32,000 nucleotides of DNA from Fibrobacter succinogenes subsp. succinogenes S85. Its GTDB lineage: Bacteria > Fibrobacterota > Fibrobacteria > Fibrobacterales > Fibrobacteraceae. Each line of letters starts with the position of its first letter. The first letter of the stretch is position 1. Both the position numbers and the translations under genes were made by a program. The notes under the pieces are model-generated. The model saw only the letters and a program-made list of their open reading frames with translations, had not been told where the DNA came from and searched no databases. Where the stretch lies: NCBI RefSeq assembly GCF_000146505.1, contig NC_017448.1, positions 3,120,001 through 3,152,000 on the forward strand, given 5' to 3'. Shown here one piece after another: positions 16,636 through 24,590 of the stretch.

Positions 16636-17379
16636 TTAAGCTCTTGCCTTGACACTTTCGATGTATTTCTTAACTCCTTGAACACCAACAGAATACATAT
16701 CTACGAATTTTGTAGCGAACGGTGGAATTTTATTCGGATGCATTCCGAGAGCGTCATGCATCACGAGAACGTGACCGTCTGTGAACTTGCCACCACCAAT
16801 GCCAATGGTGGGAATGCTGATTTCGTCGGTGATTTTTTTGCCGAGTTCTTCGGGAATGTGCTCGAGAACGGTTTCGAAGCAAAGTCCTTCTACAAACTTG
16901 GCCGCTTCTTCAATGGCGCGAGCTTCTTCTTCGGTGCGGCCTTTCTGCTTGAAGTTTTCTGCGGTCTGCGGTAAAAGTCCGAGATGCCCGCAGACGGGAA
17001 TTCCTTTTTCGTGCAAGAATTCGAGAACGCCAGCGGGTGTGCCTTCAATTTTTACGCTAGAGGCTCCCACATCCATGAGACGGCGGGCGTTGTCGTAAGC
17101 GGTTTGCGGATCCTTGTCGCTCAAGTAGGGCATGTCGGCGACAACGTGAGTGTTTGGGGCGCCACGGCAGACGGCTGCTGTGAAGATGAGCATTTCGGTC
17201 ATGCCGATTTCACGCGTGCTCTTGTAACCGAGCATTGTGTTTGCAAGGCTATCGCCTACGAGAATCTGGTCAATTCCGGCGGCTTCTGCAATGTTTGCGA
17301 AAGCGAAGTCGTAGGCGGTGATCATGGAAATCATTTCGTGCTTGGATTTTTTTGCTTTGATATCTTCTGGTGTTAACAT
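16636..17379 (-). CDS. panB: 3-methyl-2-oxobutanoate hydroxymethyltransferase
   Basis: MITAYDFAFANIAEAAGIDQILVGDSLANTMLGY and KIEG are PanB signatures. I prefer the ATG at 17379 (SD GAAGAGG) to the track's TTG at 17406. Confidence 0.85.
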   Translation of the reverse strand: MLTPEDIKAKKSKHEMISMITAYDFAFANIAEAAGIDQILVGDSLANTMLGYKSTREIGMTEMLIFTAAVCRGAPNTHVVADMPYLSDKDPQTAYDNARRLMDVGASSVKIEGTPAGVLEFLHEKGIPVCGHLGLLPQTAENFKQKGRTEEEARAIEEAAKFVEGLCFETVLEHIPEELGKKITDEISIPTIGIGGGKFTDGHVLVMHDALGMHPNKIPPFATKFVDMYSVGVQGVKKYIESVKARA

Positions 17380-17468
17380 GATGACCTCTTCACTTAAACT
17401 TTTCAACTAGGGCAAATATACAAATAGTGTAAAGTTATGGCTATTCCGGCGGAATCCAGTGAATAAAC

Positions 17469-18260
17469 TTAATGATAATCAAACAGTTTTCTGGTTTCGT
17501 TCAAGAATTTTATGGAATGAATCTCTTTCAAGAATCCGATGTGATGGCGCAAGTAGGTGAGGAGTGCGTTCTCGGTGAATTCGGGGTGCTCAATGTTGTC
17601 GCCAGTTTGCAATGCCCAAAGCCCATTGAGCGTTTCTAATCGTGCACGCGGATGCTCAACGCCGAGACACGCTTGGCATACGAATCCGCCTGTTTCGGGG
17701 AAAAAGTCTGCGGCTGGTTCTTCGAGTGTGTGACCACAGCGGCTGCAAGTGGTGAGGTCTAGATTGTAGCCCCACATATCGCAAGTGTCCAGGAGCCACT
17801 GCGCAAAAATGCGCGACTTGTCAGGAACACTCGATGTTGACGAGTGCGCGGAACCTTCTGGAGTCGGCGAATCTTGTGGTGAATCGGAATCGAATTCGCT
17901 GATAGCTTGCTCTAGGCGTTCAAATTCTTCTTGCAGGGGGACGCCTTGTGGCGCGTAACGCAGAATCATTTCGGTCATGACCTGCGCTTTCGCTGTGCTG
18001 AGTAAATCGTTGCGCAAGTTCTTCCGCCAGTCCAAAAGCGTTGCTTCCTTGATGAACTGCAAATCGGTATTCGGATTCTGGCGAAAAACGACTTCGCTTA
18101 ACGCAAGCGGATCAAGGGCTCCTCGGAACGGAGATTCCTTTTTCTTTCCGCCCTTCACGATAAACGAGACAATCCCGCTTTCTTCCGTAAGCGCCTTGAC
18201 GATAAAGCTAGAATCGCTGTACGGAAAGCGGTGCAGAACAATGGCACGAGTTTTTATCAT
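17469..18260 (-). CDS. recO: DNA repair protein RecO
   Basis: The N-terminal OB fold begins MIKTRAIVLHRFPYSDSSFIVKALTEESG, and there is a CxxC...CxxC zinc module (CSRCGH...CQAC). Confidence 0.85.
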   Translation of the reverse strand: MIKTRAIVLHRFPYSDSSFIVKALTEESGIVSFIVKGGKKKESPFRGALDPLALSEVVFRQNPNTDLQFIKEATLLDWRKNLRNDLLSTAKAQVMTEMILRYAPQGVPLQEEFERLEQAISEFDSDSPQDSPTPEGSAHSSTSSVPDKSRIFAQWLLDTCDMWGYNLDLTTCSRCGHTLEEPAADFFPETGGFVCQACLGVEHPRARLETLNGLWALQTGDNIEHPEFTENALLTYLRHHIGFLKEIHSIKFLNETRKLFDYH

Positions 18261-18356
18261 AGACGAGAGACGAAAGACGAGAGACGAAAGAGGCGTAAGC
18301 CCATTATAAATCTCTAGTCACTCGTCTGTAGCGAGTTTACGAGCGTTCTTTCGTCT
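18261..18356. repeat. Intergenic heptamer/14-mer tandem repeat with downstream inverted copies
   Basis: AGACGAGAGACGAA occurs twice in tandem at 18261-18288, made of the 7-mers AGACGAG and AGACGAA. The inverted copies are CTCGTCT at 18321-18327 and TTTCGTCT at 18349-18356. The element fills the whole gap between the HIT stop and the recO start. Confidence 0.45.
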
Positions 18357-18711
18357 ATGCCTTCGGGAACGGAGGCCAGCCCATTTCCTGTCCGCCAACG
18401 ACGTGCAGGTGGATGTGGAACACTGTCTGACCGGCGTCAGCCTTGCAGTTGAACACAAAACGTGCTCCGCCTTCTTCGAGGCCGAGGTCCTTGGCGATGA
18501 GCTGTGCGCGGTAAAGCATCTTACCCACGAGTTCGCAATCTTCCGGCTTCATGTCCATGATGGTTGCAATGTGGCGCTTCGGCACGACCAAAAAGTGTAC
18601 CGGAGCCTGCGGGGCGATATCGTAGAAGGCGAATACATCGTCATCTTCATAAATCTTCTTGGACGGGATTTCACCCTTAATAATCTTGCAGAAAAGGCAA
18701 TTTTCACTCAT
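18355..18711 (-). CDS. HIT-family (histidine triad) nucleotide-binding protein
   Basis: CLFCKIIKGEIPSKKIYEDDDVFAFYDIAPQAPVHFLVVPKRHI plus the histidine triad HIHLHVVGG. Confidence 0.85.
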   Translation of the reverse strand: MSENCLFCKIIKGEIPSKKIYEDDDVFAFYDIAPQAPVHFLVVPKRHIATIMDMKPEDCELVGKMLYRAQLIAKDLGLEEGGARFVFNCKADAGQTVFHIHLHVVGGQEMGWPPFPKA

Positions 18712-18800
18712 AATTGAGGTGTCTCCATTTTTTATTTCAAGATAGTAAAATGTGTGCGGACGGGAATTGCGAGTGATTTTTTTCGTATTTTTAAACCGTT

Positions 18801-19706
18801 ATGTTTTTTAAGGGTAAAATAATCGCTCCGGTTTTTGCGCGCGTAGCCTATTCGGTGCTAAAACTTGCGGGGTGGAAGCGGGGAACGGTTTTGGCGAATG
18901 CAAAACACGTGGCCGGCGCAGTCCCATCGGATATTGGCCCATCTGTCGCGACCCCGGATTACAATACCCTCTTAAAGAACTTGACGCGCCATGCGAGCGA
19001 ACTCTTGTTCCGCTTTGGAACTTTCAAAAAGTTGCCTCACGATTTTACTGCATACCCGTGCCGTGTGGATGGCTGGGATTTTGCTCTTGACGAGGCTGCC
19101 ATTCCGGTGCTTGAAAAAATGCGCAAAGGCGGAATCTTTTTGACGGCACATTACGGCAATTATGAAGCGATGGGGCCGTGGCTTTGCCGACTTGGAATTC
19201 CGCTTGTCGCAAGTTACATTCCCCTGAAGCCCAAGTGGCTCAACAACATTCTTGAACGCAAAATTCGTGCGGTCAATGGCCGGAGTTATTCCGTAGATGC
19301 CCGGACGCCTCGCGACTTTATGCGTATTTTGAACGAAGGCAATCTTTTCTGCTTGCTCTCCGACCAGGATTCCCGCATTCCGAGCGCACTTACGGGAACA
19401 CTCTTGGGGCAACCCGTAAATGTGAATCCGCTGCCGGACTTTTTGCTCAAACATCGTCCGCAAACACCTGTGTTTATTTGCTGGATGGAGGAACGCGGCG
19501 CATCTCCGAAAGGAACTTCTACGAAAGGCGCTTCTTCGAAAAAAGTTCGCGTGCTCCACGCTGTCGAGGTGGGAGGCGTGCAGTCCAAAGTCAACGATCA
19601 ATTCAACAAGTGGCTTGAAGAACGCGTCCGTGAGAATCCGAATCTCTGGTATAGCTTCACGCATCGCCGATTCTACAGCCAGTCGCCTGAAATTTATGGA
19701 GGGTAA
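18801..19706 (+). CDS. Lipid A biosynthesis late acyltransferase family (LpxL/HtrB-like)
   Basis: It has the HxxxxE-type motif in LTAHYGNYEA and the overall size and pattern of PF03279-type acyltransferases. Confidence 0.7.
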   Translation: MFFKGKIIAPVFARVAYSVLKLAGWKRGTVLANAKHVAGAVPSDIGPSVATPDYNTLLKNLTRHASELLFRFGTFKKLPHDFTAYPCRVDGWDFALDEAAIPVLEKMRKGGIFLTAHYGNYEAMGPWLCRLGIPLVASYIPLKPKWLNNILERKIRAVNGRSYSVDARTPRDFMRILNEGNLFCLLSDQDSRIPSALTGTLLGQPVNVNPLPDFLLKHRPQTPVFICWMEERGASPKGTSTKGASSKKVRVLHAVEVGGVQSKVNDQFNKWLEERVRENPNLWYSFTHRRFYSQSPEIYGG

Positions 19707-19707
19707 T

Positions 19708-20385
19708 ATGCCCTTTGTCCCACACGAAAAGAAACCACTAATCGCTAGAATCTTGGAATGGCTGAACGATTCCGAAGAATGGCCTGTCTGGGTACAGTTC
19801 TTCTTGTTGCCGCGACCGCTCGGTCGTGAAAACTTCTTTGCCGTGCGCGTCGTTCTGTTGTTTGCGATGGCGTTCTTTACTTTGCAGGCGTTTGCTGGGG
19901 GCTATGAATCCTGGATTGCTCAGTTCTTGCACAACTTGAACTTGCCGGTTCACGAAACAGGACATATCGTCTTTAGAATCTTCGGGAGCGAAGTGATTAC
20001 ATCGCTTGGCGGCTCGCTTTTCCAGATCATTATGCCGCTCGTGTTCTGTTTTGCACTGTGGATTAAACCCCGCGACTTGTTCGGAGCCTCGATTGCGCTT
20101 TGGTGGGCGTTCGAAAACCTGATTGATGTGGCGCCTTACATTGAAGATGCTCTCCCGATGAAGCTTATGCTTATCAGTGGCGGCACCGGTGCCGAAGCCC
20201 CATACGGGTTCCATGACTGGAACTTTATCCTCTCCGAAACAGGCCTGCTTTTGAAATGTGACTCAATTGCCTCGACCGTTTATACCGTTGGCTATGTCGG
20301 CATGGCGCTTTGCGTTTTGTGGGGTGCCTGGAGCCTGATTTATTATTTTGTGTTCCAACGCCAAAATAAAGGGCTTTTGGACTAG
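19708..20385 (+). CDS. Polytopic membrane protein with an HExxH motif (putative membrane metalloprotease)
   Basis: I prefer the ATG at 19708 (GGAGGG upstream), 2 nt after the lpxL-like stop. The track ORF from 19615 overlaps the upstream gene. HETGH lies at the edge of a TM segment, and there are several further TM helices. Confidence 0.5.
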   Translation: MPFVPHEKKPLIARILEWLNDSEEWPVWVQFFLLPRPLGRENFFAVRVVLLFAMAFFTLQAFAGGYESWIAQFLHNLNLPVHETGHIVFRIFGSEVITSLGGSLFQIIMPLVFCFALWIKPRDLFGASIALWWAFENLIDVAPYIEDALPMKLMLISGGTGAEAPYGFHDWNFILSETGLLLKCDSIASTVYTVGYVGMALCVLWGAWSLIYYFVFQRQNKGLLD

Positions 20386-20501
20386 TTTTTTATTGTAAAG
20401 ATTGTGATTTTGGACAAAAATAGAAACCTAAATTGCGATTTTTCCCCTAAATAACATATATTATAAAACTACAAGAATTGCATGTTGAGGGGCGCAGTAT
20501 T

Positions 20502-21990
20502 ATGAACACATCCCGCCATACAAAAATACGGAGCGTTACGGTCCTCGTCGTTGCTGCATTGTTGCTTGAACTGACGACCGCAGTGCAGTACATTTCTACA
20601 CGCCGAGCCATTACCGCCCAAATTAAGGAAATGGCTAAGCAAGACCTTACTTCTGCAAATCGAACTTTTGAAGTCAAGGAAATTGCCGAAGCAGCCATTG
20701 CGGCTGTGCTGCCCGAAGTAGAACGTCTAATCGATACACAACAGCAAGATTCATTGCATATGGCGTTGCAACGAGTGGTTGCGAACCATCCTGAAATTGT
20801 CGGCGTCGATTTTGCCTATCGTGTGGGGAGTGATGGCCTTCGCGATGGGTATTTTACGTTTAGGGACGATGCGACCAACGAAATAAAAGACACCGTGATA
20901 GGATTTGACTATACGGAACGCACTTGGTACCGCGAGGGCTTGCATGGCAACGGTTCCTGGAGCGAACCGTACATGAGCCGCTATTACGTGGCGCTGATGT
21001 CTACATTTTCACGTCCTGTCCACGATCCTCAAGGTCGCGTCATTGCCGTTATTGGCGCCGATGTTCCGATGCGTGAACTCTCTTCGATGGCTGTGCAGCT
21101 GTACGATAACCAGCAGCGCTCGCTCATTCCTGTCATCATTCTTCAGCTTGTCGGCCTCTTTGTGCTTGGCTTTATCATGTACCGCAGCATCATCAGCGTC
21201 CGTAAGTTAAGCAAAGTCAGTGCCGAAAAAGACCTGATTAACAGGGAACTTGGCATTGCAAATGCGATCCAGACGGCGATGCTTCCGCCACCGCTGCCCG
21301 AAAGCGAATTCCTGAATATCGTTGGTAGTCAGGTCCCGGCAAAACAAGTGGGTGGCGATTTTTATGATTATTTTGTGCGTGACGGCAAGCTGTTCTTCAA
21401 TATTGGCGATGTCTGTGGCAAGGGAATCCCCGCTGCACTTGTCATGTCAATGACGCAGGCCGTGTTCCGCACGATTGCAACTAAAGTCGATGATCCATCT
21501 CACATTGTGATGGGAATGAACACGATGGCCAGTCGTGGAAATACGACGGGAATGTTTGCAACGCTTTTTGTTGGTGTGCTAGACCTTGCAACGGGGCGCC
21601 TGAGCTACTGCAATGCCGGCCATGAAAAGCCCATTATCATTACTGGACGTAATATGCGATATCTCGATGTTACCGCAAATATCCCTATCGGGGTCATGGA
21701 AGAAAAAAAAATACAATATCCAGGAATCGGTCATCGCTGCGGGCGATATGATCTTGCTCTATACGGATGGCCTCACCGAAGCCATGAACGCAAATGGAAA
21801 GCTGTTTGGATTGAAGCGCGTTGAAGAAACGATTTGTGGCGGTGGAAAAACTGGAGGCAATAGTGAACTCTCCGCATTTGCGGAACCGCAGCAACTGCTG
21901 GATACGATGTCACATGCGGTGTCCGAGTTTGTGAATGGCGCGGAGCAGAGCGATGACCTTACCATGCTTGTGATAAAGTACAAAGGGTAA
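20502..21990 (+). pseudogene. Cache-sensor / TM / PP2C (SpoIIE/RsbU-type) phosphatase interrupted by a +1 frameshift in an A9 run
   Basis: The Cache-like segment is ERTWYREG...VIAVIGADVPMRELS. The PP2C motifs are VGGDFYDY and GDVCGKGIPAAL in frame 0 and MILLYTDGLTEA...SDDLTMLVI in frame +1. The two frames meet at the A9 run at 21703-21711, and A8 would give a continuous ...GVMEEKKYNIQES.... Confidence 0.75.
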
Positions 21991-22007
21991 GGGATGAAAA
22001 TAAAAAT

Positions 22008-22034
22008 GCCTAAAATAGGGAAGCTATTTTAGGC
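22008..22034. terminator. Hairpin between convergent genes at the left edge of the AT-rich island
   Basis: GCCTAAAATA (22008-22017), loop GGGAAGC, TATTTTAGGC (22025-22034). Confidence 0.45.
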
Positions 22035-22052
22035 AAGGCGAGGTGTTGCCGT

Positions 22053-22316
22053 TTAAAACCAGTAGCGCTTCATCTTTTTCATGAACGCTGCGTCTACTGG
22101 CCATCCGGAAGCGTCTGGGATGACAGAGTCAATCGCGCAGTAAGGGCATAAAGCTGTCAGGTCTTCCCTGTCAATGCAGAAGTCTTCTACTTCTGATGCG
22201 GGGAATGTTTTGCAGCAAAAGAAGCAGCCGCACATCTGGGATCTTTTTACGAGCCCTCTGTTCTGGAAGGAAGCGGCGTGTGCCTTTTTGATAATCTCAG
22301 GCATGTTTCTAGTCAT
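22053..22316 (-). CDS. Small Cys-rich protein (87 aa) with a CxC...CC...CPxC pattern
   Basis: I prefer the ATG at 22316 (SD AGAGGA 7 nt upstream) to the track's TTG at 22364. MCGCFFCCKTF...TALCPYCAIDSVIP suggests a zinc-binding module. I cannot name the family with confidence. Confidence 0.5.
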   Translation of the reverse strand: MTRNMPEIIKKAHAASFQNRGLVKRSQMCGCFFCCKTFPASEVEDFCIDREDLTALCPYCAIDSVIPDASGWPVDAAFMKKMKRYWF

Positions 22317-22356
22317 ATAAGAATCCTCTATAAAAGTTTTCCCATGTTGGGAGTTT

Positions 22357-22611
22357 TTAGGCAATGCTGTTTTGAATCTTGCCGGATTGGATAAGAAATT
22401 CTCTTACGTAGCGATAGTAGTCTCTACAGAAGTTTGAAAAAGCTCTGGAATCGCTTGGTGTGCATGGAATAGAGAATATCTTATTTGCACCTTCTTCGAT
22501 GTGTCGCAAGATGACGTGCTTGCCGTGACGTGCGATTTCCCATTTTTTGGACTTTAAGATGTTTAGGACGAAATCGCGGATGTCTTTGTTGTTGGAAATG
22601 TAAGGCTGCAT
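22357..22611 (-). CDS. Small protein (84 aa), possibly HicA-like
   Basis: The SD AGGAGA lies 6 nt upstream. KWEIARHGKHVILRHIEEGANKIFSIPCTPSDSRA loosely follows the HicA pattern G-x-H...hxh...hP (from memory). The functional call is weak. Confidence 0.4.
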   Translation of the reverse strand: MQPYISNNKDIRDFVLNILKSKKWEIARHGKHVILRHIEEGANKIFSIPCTPSDSRAFSNFCRDYYRYVREFLIQSGKIQNSIA

Positions 22612-22652
22612 AGTGCTCTCCTGGGCTGAGGTTTGTTGGATGCCGAGTGAAT

Positions 22653-22668
22653 AGCGAAATGCGTGCCA
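22653..22668 (-). promoter_or_regulatory. Sigma54-like -24/-12 element
   Basis: The minus strand reads TGGCACGCATTTCGCT against the consensus TGGCACG-N4-TTGCW. Spacing between GG and GC is correct and there is one mismatch in the -12 box. It lies about 40 nt upstream of the ATG at 22611. Confidence 0.2.
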
Positions 22669-22748
22669 AATTTTTGAAATGGCTAAATATGGCGAAAAAC
22701 AGGCTTTGTGTAAGCGGAACTATATTTAGTAAGAAATATTTTTCACAA

Positions 22749-22768
22749 ACAAGAAATATTTTTCTTGT
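22749..22768 (-). terminator. Weak AT-rich hairpin downstream of the defence-like operon
   Basis: ACAAGAAA, a 4-nt loop, then TTTCTTGT, about 30 nt after the stop at 22800. The direct repeat AAGAAATATTTTT (22731-22743 and 22751-22763) overlaps it. Confidence 0.3.
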
Positions 22769-22799
22769 TATACTGGGTTTTGTGATTTGAAATAGAATG

Positions 22800-24590
22800 T
22801 TATTTCAAATTACTTTTAAAAGGCTCCCATTTTCCATGAAGTTTCATATCTTCGTCTTTGAAGAACCATTTTATGGTATTCCCGTTTCTGCTCCAACGAC
22901 TGTGACAGTTCCGGCACTCGAATAAGAAGTTATTTTCGGTAGAGCCCTTCGCCCTAGTAGCGTCAGCTTTACAGCAGGGACATTTTTGGATGAGGCTTAT
23001 TAGGGCGTTCCCGGTCTTGAGAATTTCTATGTCTTCATCGCGGTTTTTGCGATAGGTACTCAGGTCCCTTTTCTGGATTCTGTCAGTATGCTCTCTTTTA
23101 TCAACCTGCTTCTTGAATTCATTGTCGTCGTAACGATCGAGCAGGTATTTACCGTCTAGCATATTGGGGACAAGTTCCTTTATAAATCTATTCTGGGGCA
23201 CTTTGAACGGATACTGGCACATGAGCATTGCCCAAATCCACTGGAAAATAATCCTTTGGATTAGGAGTTTTGGGAAGATGGATTGCGGTGCTATGCCCAG
23301 TACCATATAGGCTTCGTTGTTTTTGAACATATCATGCAATATGGTAAAGTTGTCTTCGTCTTCGCTCAGGTAGGGGTTACATTGTGGATATACAAGGACC
23401 GATACATCGCCTGTATAGGGGTTAGACTCATTAAGGACGTTGTCGATATAGCAGCTTGTGGGTTTTGAGGTAACGAAAACAAAGCGCAGCTTTTTGCCGT
23501 TTGCTTCTAGTTCAAGGCTGTTGTAGGGTGTTTCTCTATATTCCGGCTTGATATAGTTCCAGCAATCCCAATCCATGTTTGTGGTTCTGAAATCTTCGAT
23601 GCACCTCTTGACGAATTCTTTTTCGTTATGCAGCAGCAGGACCTGTTCTTCTTTTTTTTCTGCCTTAGAAAGAGTTTTGATACGTGCACGCTTGACCTCT
23701 TTCTGTATCTTGGGTAAGTACCGGTAATGCTGGTTGTTCATCAGGACGTTTGTCATGATGTCGTGATTGATGTCCACTTCAACGTTGGGAAAGGTCTTAA
23801 GGTTACTGAACAGTAGCGTATTCCAAAAGGAGGATATGACGCGCTGCAGGTATTTTAGGAAATCGATAGTCCGCTTCAGCAGTTCTCTATTTTCCTTGAC
23901 TTTCTCGATGCTGTATTCCTTGAGTAGGGAACTCAGTTCCGATTCCATAGATAAGTAATCTACATAGCTGACTTCTTGGTAATACAACTCTATTTCATTA
24001 TAGGCGTTGTCGATATTCTTGAGTCTCTGCAATCGCTGGTTTATTAATGAAATTAGTATTTTGCAGAGTGTGAACATCAAGCGGTTTTCGTACGTTTCCC
24101 ATTTGTCGTCCCTGACTAAAGAAAGCAGACGCTGTGGGTGGACTCCGACAAACGAACGGTTTCTCCAGTCCTCGGAATGCCCTGCCAGATATTCAAGGGC
24201 GCGAGATGCGAATTTTTTGACACGGCTAGTTGGCTGCTTTATTTCCTCTTCCTTCAGGTCAAGAATTGGTCTGGCTACGGCCTCCTTTAGGTGAGTGAGA
24301 GGGTCGTTTCGCTTAATTTGGTCAATGTCTTCTTGTAGGAACGTTTCTAGCTGGTTGCGATCAAGGTCGTCGGGATTGTTGCACAGCGAAAAGAACGAAT
24401 CCTTGTCTTCGTCAAGCAGCCGAAATGCGGCAAGGATATCGTTGGTGATAGGCTCGGATTCCTTGACTTCGATGTCGTCAAAGTGGTAGATGACATTCCC
24501 CTTTTGCGCCTCCTCTCTGCTTAGGGCATAAAGGCCTCCACAATCGGGGTTGTCAATCTTGACATCCTTTTGCAAGAAGATATCGAACAT
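22800..24590 (-). CDS. McrC-like partner protein with a C-terminal 4-Cys zinc ribbon (CnuC-like candidate)
   Basis: 596 aa. Its start overlaps the upstream stop (TAATG). ETYENRLMFTLCKIL (aa 165-179) resembles the E. coli McrC segment DTLANRIIKSTLAIL as I recall it. MLDGKYLL (aa 477-484) resembles the McrC IVDAKYY (D/E)xK strand. CPCC-x18-CRNC lies at 22905-22982. Confidence 0.6.
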   Translation of the reverse strand: MFDIFLQKDVKIDNPDCGGLYALSREEAQKGNVIYHFDDIEVKESEPITNDILAAFRLLDEDKDSFFSLCNNPDDLDRNQLETFLQEDIDQIKRNDPLTHLKEAVARPILDLKEEEIKQPTSRVKKFASRALEYLAGHSEDWRNRSFVGVHPQRLLSLVRDDKWETYENRLMFTLCKILISLINQRLQRLKNIDNAYNEIELYYQEVSYVDYLSMESELSSLLKEYSIEKVKENRELLKRTIDFLKYLQRVISSFWNTLLFSNLKTFPNVEVDINHDIMTNVLMNNQHYRYLPKIQKEVKRARIKTLSKAEKKEEQVLLLHNEKEFVKRCIEDFRTTNMDWDCWNYIKPEYRETPYNSLELEANGKKLRFVFVTSKPTSCYIDNVLNESNPYTGDVSVLVYPQCNPYLSEDEDNFTILHDMFKNNEAYMVLGIAPQSIFPKLLIQRIIFQWIWAMLMCQYPFKVPQNRFIKELVPNMLDGKYLLDRYDDNEFKKQVDKREHTDRIQKRDLSTYRKNRDEDIEILKTGNALISLIQKCPCCKADATRAKGSTENNFLFECRNCHSRWSRNGNTIKWFFKDEDMKLHGKWEPFKSNLK

